Assembly: GCA_051362555.1 (NCBI GenBank)
Contig: CM120640.1
Span: forward strand, 52,554,788-52,618,787
Length of the DNA: 64,000 nt
Reading direction: 5' to 3'
DNA from: Lingula anatina
Lineage: Eukaryota; Animalia; Brachiopoda
The notes under the pieces were generated by a model. That model saw nothing but the letters and a program-made list of their open reading frames with translations. It did not search any database and was not told the origin of the DNA. The position numbers were made by a program, and so were the translations under genes. Shown here one piece after another: positions 37,158 through 51,853 of this stretch (position 1 is the first letter of the stretch; each line of letters begins with the position of its first letter).

Positions 37158-37488
37158 GTACCTTTTTCAGTGCAAAAGTTCATGGTGTAGTCTTGCTTGC
37201 TTGCATGTGTGAAAGGACCCCTTATCAGCCTGTGGTCATCAGTGGTAAATGTGAGCTGCTTGCTTTATGTATAAGAACATAAAAGTCTTGGTTGAGGAGG
37301 GGGAGGAGGGGGGTGGGGGCACAGGAAAAATGTTTCTATTTTTCTTAAGTTTCATTCAGATATTTGAATCAGCATCAGTTTTGCAGGCACCTTTGCCAGT
37401 TCAAAAGTTCATGGCCCAGTCGCACAGGATGTGTGATGTGTGAATGATCGTCTTATCAGCATGTGGTCATTGGTGGTTAAAGTGAGCT
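37158..37488. repeat. Diverged direct duplication (about 100-bp blocks about 230 bp apart)
   Basis: caaaagttcatgg...cttatcagc.tgtggtcat..gtggt.aa.gtgagct occurs twice. Confidence 0.75.
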
Positions 37489-37736
37489 AAATTTTCATGT
37501 CGTTGGTAGGATGGCAAAGGGGTGTGTGGTGGTGTTTTTATTTTGTTAGGGCAAACACCTACATTTAAGCAACCATTTGAATGTTTGGTCATTCATTTAC
37601 AGCTTAGAATAAAATGATGCAACCATTTATTTGTTTGGGTTCACTAATAAGACATATTTGAAGTGCCAATTTGTGATAATTTTGCCTGAATTCCTATTTT
37701 AATCAACAGAAATGATATACATTTTAGTTCTTTATT

Positions 37737-39918
37737 AAACAAGGCAGCAAAGCTGTCAAATGTACAGACAAAAAGCAGGAAATAACAAAACAGGCTACTG
37801 TCAATTCTGATGCAAAAGTACATTATGCTTAACTGCAAATTCAACATCAAATTTTAATTATGCTCAACAGGTATTACCAATGTAAGTGAAATGTGTAACA
37901 ATCGTAAGGCTTCAGGCCCATGGGAGTTTAAGTTCACACTTTGAAAATGCCAGAATGAGAAAAATGAAAATTTCACATAAAACTGCTTAAATTCAATAAT
38001 AAATGATAACCCATTTGAGCTGGCTTCCTTATTTGAACTGCATGCCAATCCTACAAATCATATTTGTAAGTTGAAAATAATAATAAGTAACACAGTTTTC
38101 TTTTCATAATGTTTGTAGTAGCAGTGCAAAAAGATTTTTGTCAATTTTGATGTAACATTACATAATAAATTACAGAATAATTATCACCAATTTTTGATTA
38201 TTGACTATAAATAGCATGGACATGTAGAAAATTTGATTACCATTTGGCTTCATGTCCATGGGAGCTTCGAGTCCCACAATGAATATGCCAACATGATAAA
38301 AATGAATATTTCACTAAAATGTATAACTTCCAGAAAAAGAAGCCAATTAGACTGCTTTTCTAACTCAGGCTGCATTTTAGTCCTGTTTCTTTTTTGAAAG
38401 ATTGACAATCATAAGTAACATGGTTCTCCCATAATGGTCATCATGGCAGCAGCACCCAAAATTGTGTTTTCTTCTATTTTAATGCAATATTACATAATGC
38501 TTAACAGCATATAACCATCAGTTTTTATTAATAAAAGATCCGTATCATGGATTTTCAGAAATGTGACTAGCATGGGTCTTCAAGCCGGTGGAGATTCTTA
38601 AGTCACACCTTGAAAATGCCAATATGTGAAAAATTAAATTTTCACAAAAAACTGATAAACTGCCAAAAAAAATTACCAAATAGACTGCATTGCCCACTGA
38701 AGCTTTATTTAAGTCCTATGTTTCTTCCTGTAAGTTTGAGAACAGTAAGTGACATGGTTTTCCTTAAATGGTCATCATGGGAGCAGTGTCCAAAATAGGG
38801 GTGTCTTCAAATTTTGATGCAATATTACATAATGTTTAACAGGATAATTACCATCAATTTTTAATAATAAAATATTAGTATCATGGATATTCAGAAAATG
38901 TACCTAGCAAAGGTCTTTAGGCCCAAGGAACTTCAAAGTCACACCTTGAAAATGCCAAAATGTAGACAAGACAGCACTGTCCTGAAATGTGTTTTTTTTT
39001 CATTTTTAACAATTTTTTAACATATAACAAAATTAACAATTTACTGCCATTTAAATATGATCAACTAAGAAAATTGATGAGATGGGAAAAATATCAATAG
39101 AACAGTGTTTAATGTCCAATTTCCTCCATTCTGAGTTTCTGAACATAGTGAATGAATGAATCTGACAAACTGCAATGAGTTTATTTCCATTTTTGAAACT
39201 CTATTATACAATACATGATAACAAGTTTACCATAATTTTTACATAATCAACTAACAATGTTGTAAAGATGCAGGAAATGTCAAACAAACACTTTTACTAA
39301 TCTTATTAGTTAAATAATGAGACTGTTAACATGCCGAAGAATTGAATCTGAGGAAATGTAAAAAAACAGCATAACTTATAAAATAATGGCCCGATTATGC
39401 TGATTTTCGAACTTGACCTGCATTTTAGTAAGATTGATTACTCCTGTGAGTTTCATGACAACAGGTCTATCGGTTTTCCTTGAAATGTGTTAACAGTGTT
39501 GCACATATGCTGAAAAGTGAAAAAAACAGCATAACTACTAAAATAGTGGCCCGATCATGCCGATTTTCGAACTTGATCTGCGTTTTAGTAAGATTGATAA
39601 CTCCTGTGAGTTTCATGACAACAGGCCTATCGGTTTTCCTTGAAATGTGTTAACAGTGTTGCATATATGCTAAAAAGTGAAAAAACAGGATAAATTCTAC
39701 AATAATGGCCCGATCATGCTGATTTTCGAACTTGACCTGCGTTTTATGAATATTAGTCAGCTCTGTAAATATAAAGCCAAAAAGTAAAACTGTCTTTCAC
39801 TTATGGTGTTAACGCTGAAAGTGCATGGCGACGGCGACATGATCGGCGACGGCGACGGCGACGACAGACGCAGGTGATGGCAATATGTACAGACACATCT
39901 GTGTCTGTACATAAAAAA
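37737..39918 (-). mobile_element. Non-autonomous Helentron (HINE), family 2, copy A
   Basis: 5' hairpin atgtacagacacatctgtgtctgtacat (39885-39912), (gacggc)n microsatellite, about 2.5 x 160-bp and about 3 x 335-bp internal repeats, 3' subTIR atgtacagaca with small stem-loop ggcagcaaagctgtc, ends in an A/T run. Confidence 0.8.
39361..39750. repeat. 160-bp tandem repeat (about 2.5 copies) inside HINE copy A
   Basis: aaaaacag.ataa...gattttcgaacttga.ctg recurs at 39367, 39527 and 39686. Confidence 0.92.
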
Positions 39919-40254
39919 GTAATAACTGGTACTGGAGCACAGGTACAGTATGTTCAGGCCAGGTGAAGGCAAGCAGAGAAGGAGAAGTCAATACCCTTTG
40001 TGATTGTCCCAAATTCTGGTTCAACCCAGTTTGGGCAAAATTAGGGTTGCATAAAAACCACAACTGGAAGTAAATGAAAAAGTATATAGAGCCATGTTGC
40101 TTAGATATTGTAAATCATTAGTAAGGCTTAAAATCTTTATTAAAAAGTATTGCTGATACATGATCACCATAGCAACAAAAGTTTGGTGTAGTCAACAAAT
40201 AAGAATTGACAAGTGGGTTAACTGAGGGATCAAGGAATAGAAAGGTGCTGTTAG

Positions 40255-41330
40255 TTTTTTTATGTACAGACACAGATATGTTTGTACATATTGCCTTCAC
40301 CTGTATCTGTTGTTGGCATTGTCGCCTTGCACTTTTAGTGTTACACAAATAAAATGAAAACTTACAGAAATGATGAATAATCAGTAAAATATAGGTCAAG
40401 TTCGAAAATCAGCCTGATTGATCCATTTTTCCAAAAATTATGCTATTTTTTGTTTTTGTAGCATATTTTATGCAGTATTATACAAACAAAATGAAAAGCA
40501 TGCCAGATTTTGCTTTGAAACTGCAGGACTGATTCAGAGGTCTGATATATAGATCAAGTTTGAAAATTAGCTTGATTTTTTTATTTTTCTTAAGTTTGCT
40601 GTTTTTTGTATATGAATGGGTTTTCCTTAGATTCAACTCTTAGGCATGTTAACAGTCTCAGTATTGAACTTATATTTGTAAAAGTGTTCTTTGACATTTT
40701 CTGCATCTTAAAAATTTTGTAAATTGCTTATATAAAAATGATCATAAATCTATTATCTTCTATTTTGTAATAAAAGTGTCAAACATAGAAATAAACTCAA
40801 ATCAGTGCAATTTTTCAGATTCAATCGGTTACTATGTTCAGAATCTCAGAATTGTGCAAAGTGTATATTTAAAATTGTTTTATTGACTTTTTTTCCATCT
40901 TAACAATTTTTTTAAATTTGATCATTTAAAAATGAAACTAAATTGGTTATTGTGTATTATGTAAAGGTGTTGAAAATGAAAATAACAAATTTCGGTCCTT
41001 GTGTACATTATTGGCATTTTTAAGGTGTGACTTTGAAGTTCCATGGGCCTGAAGATCTTTGCTAGTCGCATTATCTAGATGTCTATGTTACGTGCAGTAA
41101 TTTGAAATTGGTGGTGATTATAAGCTGTTAAGCATCATGTACCTTTGCATTAAAATTGATAAAAATATTATATTTACTGCCACTACAAATGCTCTAAAAG
41201 GATTACTGTGTTACTTATTATTTTGTAACTTACAAGTATGATTGACATACAGATCAAATTGGCAACCAACTTGATTGCATTATTTGTCTTTCTTGTTGTC
41301 TGTACATTTGACAGCTTTGCTGCCTTGTTT
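40255..41330 (+). mobile_element. Non-autonomous Helentron (HINE), family 2, copy B (shorter, more decayed)
   Basis: Reverse-complement match to copy A at both termini (tttatgtacagacacaga...; tgtctgtacatttgacagctttgctgccttgttt) and in several internal blocks. Confidence 0.8.
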
Positions 41331-44300
41331 AGTGATAGCTAACACTATATGTTATAAGTTTGGATACATATATACTACCTTGATTTCTGTGATAAAATCC
41401 CAGTTAAGCTGCAGTGACAACATAAGTGTGGCCAAGTGTCTAATCTGACATGAAGTACAGACTGATTGTGAGAAAGGAGCACATGGCATTAGACATGAAG
41501 ATGAGCTGGGGCTCTCTAGGGGGGGGGGATTTTAGGGCTGGGGCAGTTATTTCAGGTCAAACATAGCTGTCCATTCTGTCTTTTAAAACAGCATGGTCAT
41601 CCGAAATGATAATTACTATAACATAACAATTGAGATGAATATAGGTTATATATACAGTATTGAGCAGATTTTACTTCTTGTTGACAATCAAAAGTAAAGC
41701 AGATCTGAAGTCAGAGCATACAAACAGTTTTCAGCATGATTAATTATAATGTAATTTACAATTATTACATGAAAAATATAACTGGATAAACTTCCCTTAA
41801 TTATTGCATTTAGTAGGTAATAATAAAAAGGACTTGTCTTGTAAAGATACACAGGAATCTGTACAACAACAATGTATTATAAAATTAGTATAGATTATAT
41901 GTTAATGAATGAAGTCGAGAAAAAAACATGTAGCAATTGTTTTTTCATCCACATTAGGTGCACTTCATTGAGGTTTAAGCCTTTAGTACTATAGACATCA
42001 TAGGGGTCTTCAGAGATGACACTTAGGTAAAAAAACACTACTAGAAGTTTCCTTCACCTCTTCAGATCATGCACACATTACACCATACACCCTAGAGGGC
42101 CTCTCTAACAATTTGAGTAGAAAGTGCTTATCTTTTAACTCATCACATTTCAGTTGGATTAGACACCCTGGTTTCTAAAGGAATTGATCAAATCTTTTGT
42201 TTTCAGTCCTCTGTGACAGGTGGGGAATGATTGTCCAGGGACTCGAGGTAAATTACATTCTATAAAGTATGAATTTTATGCCATAGTCCTGTTGTCTGGA
42301 GCTGTTATGAGAGGTTTATTTGATAATTTGTTTTTTCCTTCTCTTTTTGAAGTTTTCAGTTGAAGATAATACTCTGTGAACAGCTGTTCATTAAAAATCT
42401 TGTGGTTGTTTGGTTGTGGTAAACCTGGAATGTTTTTTCAATTAAAGGTTTCTAGTTACTGTTAAGTTAAACTTAAAGCCAGACTTATGTGTCATCCAAC
42501 TGCCATGCATGTGTTGTAGAAATATTGACTTGGTGACACTGGTGACAGCAAAAGCGTGACAAGGATGACAAGGTACCCTTTCAGCCCCTGTTGTGTCACC
42601 TGTGTTTAATCAGGCCTACACAGAGCAGGTGACAGGACCCACACTTTACCCATGACCTAATTGAGCACAACTGGTACCTGAATAATTTATAACAGTGGCA
42701 ATGGGAACTGCTCATTTACTAAACATTGAATTAAATCTATTTGGATGACATTTGTTTGTTCAAAAGAAAAATTGCTGTTGAAATGCCAAAAAAATATATT
42801 TATATAATAATAAAAATAAAAATTGTAGAAACTCATTATTGATACAAATGCCCATATTTCCACAGCATCCATATCAGTACATTGCATTCTCTTTGCTTTT
42901 CTCCAATACCTTCAGTGTAGGCAACATGTGCCTTAATTTGTTGATTTCTCTCTTCTTTTCGTCTTTCCAAAAAATCTTCTTTCAAGATCATTAGTATTTC
43001 AAGAAACTGCGCCCCCCCCCCTCTTCTTTCCCCACTCCACCTTTTCAGATTTCTTCCATTCTCCACAGGGAAAGCTTTCACTAGAAAAGCCCCCACCACT
43101 TCTACTTCTAAGATATCGTATTTCTAAGAAAGATTATTGATATCAAACCCATAACTTGACATACTTAGCACAAAACTTACCTCACCGTTAGTTTAGTGAT
43201 TAGCAATTTTTATCTCTTATTAATACAGTGATGAGGCCAGAAGAAAATGACTGTTTTTGGATTTTCTTCTTTTCATCGTTGGAGTTATATTTTATGACCC
43301 AATTTGGAATATGCTCATAAGTTTCAAGTAAACTATACCTTAACTGAAAGGTATAGGTAATAATTACCTTTTCACATTTTTATTTCAATAATGAGCATCT
43401 TGTACCTACATAAACAATGTAACACATTTTGTCAGAGTCGTGTCATCGAATTTCCAAATAAAATTTGTGCATCTTTTCAATATTATTTATAATCACAGAT
43501 GGCCAGAGAACTGTCTGAATGAAAGGTGTGTTTGCTTCATACATGCTGTAATTAGTGGTATACAACAAGTTAGATGTACCACCATGCAGCAAGTTCTCAG
43601 AATTTCAATGAGTGATAAGTGCTTAGAGAAACTTCCAACTACAGACAGCTATAAATAAGTAATAAAAAGTGCGGGCTGGCCATTGTTAGAAAGCAAATGC
43701 ATGTTGCCGTGCTTGTTGTAGATGTCAACAGCATGCAGGTACCGTGTACTTTGAAAACATGTCTGCATTTATTATATCGACAAAGTCACTTAATATGAAA
43801 TTGTTATGTCTGTCACATTTGCATTTTTCAACACTTATAAATAATTATTATCTTATATTCAGCTAGAATGAATGGATTACTATATAATTTAGCTATAGGC
43901 CATTGAATGTGCACTGTGCCTAAAAATCTATAATTGATGCAATGCAGGGTTAATAATTATCCTTCACCGATTAGCCCAGTAATTAAATTGATAATTTTTT
44001 TATGACTGTCCAATAGGAAATTGTGTTTGAAAGTTGCCTGTTTTTGTGCACATGTTAAATGTTCCACATGAAAGCACATGCAGGCAATAGTAATTTTATT
44101 TCAGTTCTCACTGTGATGAGGCTTTTAACCAAATGAGCTCCAAGGAAAGGGAATCCGCGTTGTATTACTATTGTTCCTAGAAGTTGTGGAAGTTTTGCCC
44201 GAAGCCATATAATTTTCCTGGTCTCTAGTTGGGCTCAGAGTGACAGATAGCTTGCAAAAAGGACCTTTTGTGTTTGACTCCTGGTGCATTTTATCTTGCA

Positions 44301-47300
44301 ATGAAGAGTTACTCACTTGGCCTAATCTCCAGTCTTGGGGCTAAGAAACTCATGGAAATTAAAATTCATTGATTTTGTATCAGATTTCTTCAGTAATATT
44401 TGTCATTTCACGTGTGTTTTATACCAGCTATAGCTGATGATAGTGCATATTGATTTCGTTGTAATGTGGTTCCTTTGAAATGAATCTGAATGACCAAGAT
44501 TATTATCTCGGTTGTTTTCTCTCTCATCAAATATTTATGGTTGTGAAAATAAGACCAAGGACTAAGTAAGTGAAATACAGTCTTATATTAAGTGAAATAT
44601 GAGTGGCTGCTTTGTATTTATGTTTTGGTTTCCTTGTGAGTAAATAAATGTAGAAGGTGTATCCACCAGCTGGTCACATTATTTTATTTTAGTAATTGAA
44701 CAGGTGGCATAACAGGGAAGTTGTGTATATATGTGTTTTTTGCTAAAAGGTACTTATAGATTTAAAATTATGAATGTAAGATATTTGAGCAGCTTTACAG
44801 AGAAATTCAAAGAAAGTCATGGAGGAGATTAATGTGACAGTTTTAAAATCACTGTTCAAGAAAATTATGTTAGTACATTTGAACAACTTGCCAACTCTTT
44901 TGTCATTCATATGTACTAATCAAACATGTTTCAGCATGAAGCTTGTGCCACTCCCTTTTAAGTTTTCTTACACATTGCCAGACATAATTTGTAACTCCTA
45001 CTTTTTGATGATTTTTTAAATTTTCATTCCCTTACATTTTGTTGAATAAAATCATCAACTTTGAAAATCAGTATATGCATTAATAATTGTGCTTTGTGTT
45101 GTAAAAATGTTAACAGTGAATATTGGAAGTTCAAAACTTCCTGATTCGAATAAGGAAGTAATCAAAATTTATAAAGAAAAGTACTGTATTTGAAAAAAAT
45201 GTTTAATGCCAAGAACATGGATGAGGAATAGCACAGATACAATAAGAGAAAATAGATTTTTCTACAACAATGTATAATAATATAATGTATCTCCTCAAGG
45301 GGCAGCTGGAACTGAAAAGTTGTGACGAAAGGTGTTTCAAATCACATGATGTATTTCCTTTCACCTGTCTGGTAATGCAGGGCATGTTTAGGACATTGAA
45401 TTGTTTTCCTTGTCCTATAACACTATGTCTCTGAAATATTTTCTTGATAAATAAAGGTGTTATCCATAATTAATTCCAGTGGCATACTTGAATTATTGAT
45501 TGTTGACTTAACATTCAAGTTGTCAATTTTTCATCAAGTCTTTGTCTGAATTTTGAGGTGCATCATGTTACTCAAAAAGAGCCAGTATGACTTTATATTT
45601 CTGATGAATTATGTCTAAGAACTGTGAGAAAAGCTGATGTGAGAGAAAACTAATTATCAGCAAGGAAAGAGGCAGGCGAGTTTAACAACTATAATTAGTA
45701 AAAATTATGTCTGAATTCAGTACACGCCGACTGACTACTGATCAGCTTGGTGCTTTTATCTTTCTGCATGCATCTGTAACCTAATCATCTTTAGCTGCTT
45801 TGTGCAGGAAATTAAACCTTTAGTTGACAATGGTTACCATGACAACTGATCCATCTAGTTAATGGTGACACTTTTTAATGAGCTTAATTTTTCATTTTGA
45901 ATCTCCGCCACGTAGCATTTTATCAGGGTATATTCATAATTTAGTATTTTCCATCTAGTTGCAGTTGTCATGCAATCCTCAGGTTTATTATAGACAGCAT
46001 TAAAAGAACACTCTTTGTGTTGTCTTTTGGTTAATGGCTTTTGCTTAATGAATTACATGCCTGGCAACAATTAGAAAGAGCTGATTTTAGACAGCAAATT
46101 AGTGGATAATGGTGCTTAGTTGATAGTAATTTGTCTTGACTATTGTCGAATTTGTTGTATCACAGAAACTACCTGAGCCAATGTCATACTAAGTGTAGGT
46201 TGCAAAATGGTATTCCGAAATTGAAGAAATGCTGAAACACTATCCACTATTGAACAGAAATTGAGTCACTAGCATTGTCATGTAACTTCAAAATATTGAA
46301 TCTGACATAAACTTACTCACCAAAATCTGGGAGAGGGAGAGAAATATTACACATAACATGTACATGTTGTAAGTACTGTTCGGTTAGTACCACTGACTAA
46401 TAAAAGAAGGACTCTAAGGACTTGCGTTCCTCACCTGTAGTTTCTGATCTGTCAGTCCATCTGTCTTCCTATATGTTCAATTTACATAACAAGTAGGTTG
46501 AAGAGATAGGATGACTTTAGCCCTGGTAGTAATTAGACCAATGACTTATTAGGATGAGTCACAGAATTTTCCAGGGAGCTTTATGCAAATGATGTTTGGG
46601 TTCCCATAGTTACTGGTCACATGGCCACAACATGATGTCCTATTTTGACTTTAATGAAATGACTGCCGATGAATCAAGATGATAGCAATGAGGTTATGAG
46701 TAATAACTGACCAGTGAATTAGTGAAATATGTATGTATCATGTTTTCAGACAATCTGTTTCTGTGATTCAGAGACTTGTTTTGATGCAGTTTTGAAAAAC
46801 TTTTAGATGATATGCCTGTTTAATGCAAATGCACACAGCTTCAGCCAGGTGACAACTGGCAGGGTGACAACTGACATCATTTTGAAGGCTGTTTAGGTTC
46901 CCAAAGGCTCCTTGGAGTGTTGGTAATTGACAGCCCATAAGATTATTTCTCCTGGGCAGAAAGCTTATTTTCTCAGAATCCATGGCAGGGCTGCTCTGGG
47001 AAAACTTTCCCAGAATCTTATAATCTTTGATGCTAGCTTGTTAACGGATAATCTTGGATTACCTTGATCAGAAAATTTCCAATACTCTCCCAAGCATGAA
47101 TAATGAGGAATATATTTGCTACATGGTTTCCTTTTTCTGTTAAGTAGCAGACATTATTATTGAAATTACCTGAGGCAAAAGAGGGATTGTATTCACATGA
47201 AGACATTTCTGTGCACAGACAAAGCTTTCTTTTCATAATGAGGGCATCTTCGATAGGTCATCTTGTTCACAAAGGTCCATTGCAAATTGGAGTGACTTAA

Positions 47301-48865
47301 AATTATTAGTGATGAAATCTAAACAGATCAGTTGCACTTCCTATAGTATTGATGCTTAGCTCCTATTTGGTGATTTTTTTTATGCAAGCTAGGTAGTAGA
47401 AAACATCAAAAAACTGAAAATAGCTGTTTCATCCTAAAATCTCTGATATAATGTCATCAGGAAAATCATCATACTTTTTCTGAGGACAAATATCTATGAA
47501 CATTTGAAGATACTATTATAACAACCAGTTTTATATAAAGTCATTTTGGCCTGGTTTTGACTAACAGGCTATATAACCTTAAAGTGGAAAAATAAAACAA
47601 ATGATATTAACACCTAAACAGTGATAAATCATCAACCTTTCCTGGAATAAGAAAATAGTCAGTAGGATGATGAGAATGGCACCCTTGCCAAGTAGATATG
47701 AAACAACTTTGATCTTCCAAATCTTTGTACATCTTTTCTGACAAGTTGTTGCTGTTTGTTTTAAGTCGCTTTCATTTGACACAGTAATCAACTTCACCCT
47801 TTTCATTGGGTGAAGTTCTCCTCCCATACAAAATACTCAATGCAAGTAATCTGATGTCTCTGAGATTGTGTGTTCTCAGTGGTAACTGCCTGCCTACTGC
47901 AAGAGTTAATCCAGGTATTGTTTACTTGGCAATTAGGAGTCTGGTGGGGATAATAAGGGGAAGTGGTGAGGTGGGTTACCTAACATCTTAGTTCATTAGT
48001 TTTCTTGATTGGTTTGACAGAAACCACCAGTGGACCATAGTGAGGTAAATTACGAAGGAGAGCTTGAGTGTTTTTACAAGCTGCCTTTTTCTTTGGATGT
48101 CCTGGCTTTGATTGACATGTTATTGTTGCCATTTGTGTTTAATTTTGTTTCCTAAGTCATTAATACCAGGTGATGTTGCATAACACAAGCAGGAGGTTAT
48201 GATGGAGGTTTCTCCATCTTCTTCTCTCTCCATGTGAGTGTATGTGTATGTATATGTTTGAGTTGAATGGGTTAAAATTTTTCACTAAAATTACTCACTT
48301 ATCAGTTATGAAACTGTTTTATGGAAATGTTGCTATTGTACATATTTTTCGTTTTGTTTTAACCCATTTACCCAATATAATCCCTATATATGTAATATCC
48401 CTTGAAATTTGATTAACATGTTGCACATGTCTATAATTTCCATTTGACAGATATTTTTGAAAAAAATAACATTCTTAAATAGTTGAACATCTCTCATTTC
48501 TAACCATTTCATCAGAGCATTGTATATACTTTAATAACAGATCTGACAAATTTTCTCTGAGGCACATAAATGCTTTTTGATTTAAGATCTATGCAGCTTA
48601 AAGATTATCAGTTCACACTTAATGGATTTTGAATATTTTTTGGTAAAATGTTTAAGCTTTTATGTAGAGGCTGTCTAATGAGAGTATCACCTACTGCACC
48701 TATATAGTATTAAGAGATGTAAGCTGTTATCTCCATTGGAGCAACTATACTACCACCTTCTAGATGACTACAAAGCTTTTTTAAATCTACAATGTATCCA
48801 ATTTGCTGCTCAGGTACTTTGTGCATATTTTATGATTAAGTCAGGCTTTAAAATACATAAAATGC

Positions 48866-48936
48866 ACACCCACCCACCTACACACACACGCACGCATGCA
48901 TGCATGCACTCGTGCGCACACACACACACACACACA
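48866..48936. repeat. Degenerate (CA)n microsatellite
   Basis: Directly visible. Confidence 0.85.
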
Positions 48937-51287
48937 TTATCTGCTTTGAAGACACAGATGAACCACAGCATACTTTTTCTCACTAATTATTGTGGTGGTA
49001 TGAACTCAAAAGCACCCAATGTTGTTTTCTTTGAGATCTGTGACAGAGAGATAATGAAAAAGTCTCACCTAGGCCTTGAGCTTTTCTGAGAAATGTACTC
49101 ATGTTTTCATTTGCTCTTGATGAAAAGTAACATTTCCCATTTCACTCCCTGGATTCATCGAGGAAAATGAAAGTGTCACTCAAGAGGACAGCAGTAACAA
49201 AAGAGAGTTAGTCAGGTGATTGAATCACCTGAAAGATTTACTCAAGTCATATGAGGTCTTATTGCCAAGACATATCACAAGGGATTCTGGGTGCCTGCGG
49301 AGCAATAGCAGTATGGGGAGTCCACACTCGTGAACAATGCACTTCTTGTCCTGGCGACATCAAAATTTTATGTTTGATTGGGCAGTTGCATGATCAGTTG
49401 TCTGGATGCATAGCAACAAACCAAATCAGAACTTTTTCTCCTTTTTTATGATTTTATTGAGGCCTGGGGACTCGAGGCTCCTGTTTTATTTCCCTGGGTT
49501 CTCTTCCATCTTGTCTGCTCAACCGAAGGCTCATAAAAAGTTCATGTTTGTACATGCCACTGTGGCAAAATGTCAGAAATCTAACTTTGTTTTTCATGAT
49601 AACCGTCTTTGTTAAAGAACAAAAATATTGGCAAGGAAGTCCAGTTAAGGTGATTCAATTTTCTGTATTTCCCTGTAGTCAGCCCAGGGGAACAGGAGAG
49701 ACATAGGGAATGAGGCTTCTGTAACCAAAAACTTGTGTCTAGAAAATCTCATTATCAAGAGACAGGGAATGAAGTAGCTGCATCATTAACTCAGAAATAG
49801 TACATCTTACCATTTCCTCAAATAGGAGTTTTCTTCAGAAATTTCCTTGAATTCAATTTATTAGTGGTGAATATTGCCGAAAGGACTCGTCTGTTAAAAA
49901 CTCATTGTCAATATGCCATTGGCAGTTGCATGTGACTCTTGAACATTTAATTGGGGCTAAAAAATGATAAAAAATAAGCCTTAGAAAAATAAATTTGATA
50001 ATTTGTGTGAAATTCAAACAGCCCTATAAATGATTTTGAAAAAAGAACATTGATGAACAGCCATTATCTGCATAGAGCATTTCATTGTGTATCGTTAGAG
50101 TTGGCATCGCTGGTAGAAATGTGTTTGATTCTTAGTGACATATTGTTATGGAGCCTTGTTGTATCAGCGGTGCAATACTGCATCCAGACACAATCAATAA
50201 AACAATAACTCGTAATCAATCCTCAGTTGGCTAGACAACTGATTTTGTTTAAGGTATTAATTAATAATTCCACCAGGCAATAATGTGTCAATACTATGAG
50301 ATCAGCTTAGTGACCATAGTTAGGCATAAGTCACCCATGGCCATGTTTCCACTTAACAAAGTTAAAAAAAGTTTGAAGAGAGAATCTGCGTTGGCTTCTT
50401 GTTGCTGCAAATGTGTTGTTAGCCAATTAGTATCTTTTAACTAGACCAGTGATACTTTGCTCAAGGAACTTTTTTTTCAGTTTTTAACTGGAGTAGAATT
50501 AGTTTAGTTTGCTAACAATGCATTTGTTCAATTGGCAAGGGCAGGGTTGTGATGTTTAAAACTTGCTTGAAAGACACTTTTACCATGTAAAGTGGATGGT
50601 CTGTTTTTATGATTTTAGAAGACTGTCAGCTTGAAGGAACCTGCTCCCAGTAAGTTAACATGATATGGCATCCTTATAGATGTTCAGTTTGAGCTTTCTA
50701 CTGTAGGTGTTATACCAGGTGCCTTTCTGTCAGTCAGAATTGATTGCAATCAGTCAAAGTTTATCTTGATTATGACCAATGTGAACAGGACCATTGACAG
50801 CTTGTCAACAGACAATACTACCAGAATCCTCATGCACACAGTCACAAAAACAATTGTGAATGAGTCATCAGACAGTCCATCCATCATTGGAAGCGGTTGT
50901 TAACTTCTGATTGTGCTGAAGCATTATCAGTGGAGTGTCACTATGAGTTGATATATTTACTACCACAGCGTCTTGTCACAAATATGATTCAATTTTGAAG
51001 ATGTATCATTCATTTTCATTTGGTTATTATTATTATGCCAATGCGCTTTCTTAATTGGTAATGGCAAACATTGTCTCGGCAGAGAGACTCCCAGTGGCCT
51101 ATGATTGCTTTAATAAACAGAGGGGAGATGAGTAATAGCGAAAAGAAGTGCTCTCTGAGTGTTAAAGATGGCAATGATTTTAAGTAGTGAAAGTAAACAG
51201 TAATTTGGCAGTCTATCAGTTTGTGCATAACTTTCTATTCTTTATCATTTTGGGACCACTGAAAAAAGGAAATTTAAGTGCAAAAGG

Positions 51288-51289
51288 AT

Positions 51290-51324
<35 letters not shown>

Positions 51325-51326
51325 TT
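51288..51326. repeat. (ATTT)n microsatellite
   Basis: Directly visible. Confidence 0.9.
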
Positions 51327-51853
51327 GTTTCAGTTAGTAGGTCTTTTTTTTTTTTTTTTGCAGCTAGTTTGGATAAATTAGAAACAAAAATATGAAGTAC
51401 AGATAAAGATAGATGAATATGATAAAAAAGATTTTTGTGACAGGATAATTCTAGTAAATATTCAGCTGGAAAAACAAATGAGCATTAAAAAAACAAGTTT
51501 TGGGTCAATGCATGATTTAAACAAATGCATGCTTAAAGTAGCTGAGCAATGTTCAGTGATTGTTAAGTTTGCAAAATCTTTAAGATATAAGTGTTAAAAT
51601 TGATATCCAGGTGTTTATTCCTGTTTGTCCAATTTTAGTACCCGTCTTTCCAAGGATAAAACTAAGTGAAGTCATTAGAAATTGTTTATACCAGTTAGAA
51701 GGTTAGTTTTGTTTTAAATAGATATGAGATTGTTTGACAAGAAATACATATTTTCAAATTTTCCAGTATTCAATCTCCATGCTTTAAAAGACAATTGGCC
51801 ATGGTGTTCAGCATGCCAAATACTGTGTTCTTTCATGCTGCAAGTCCTTGACT

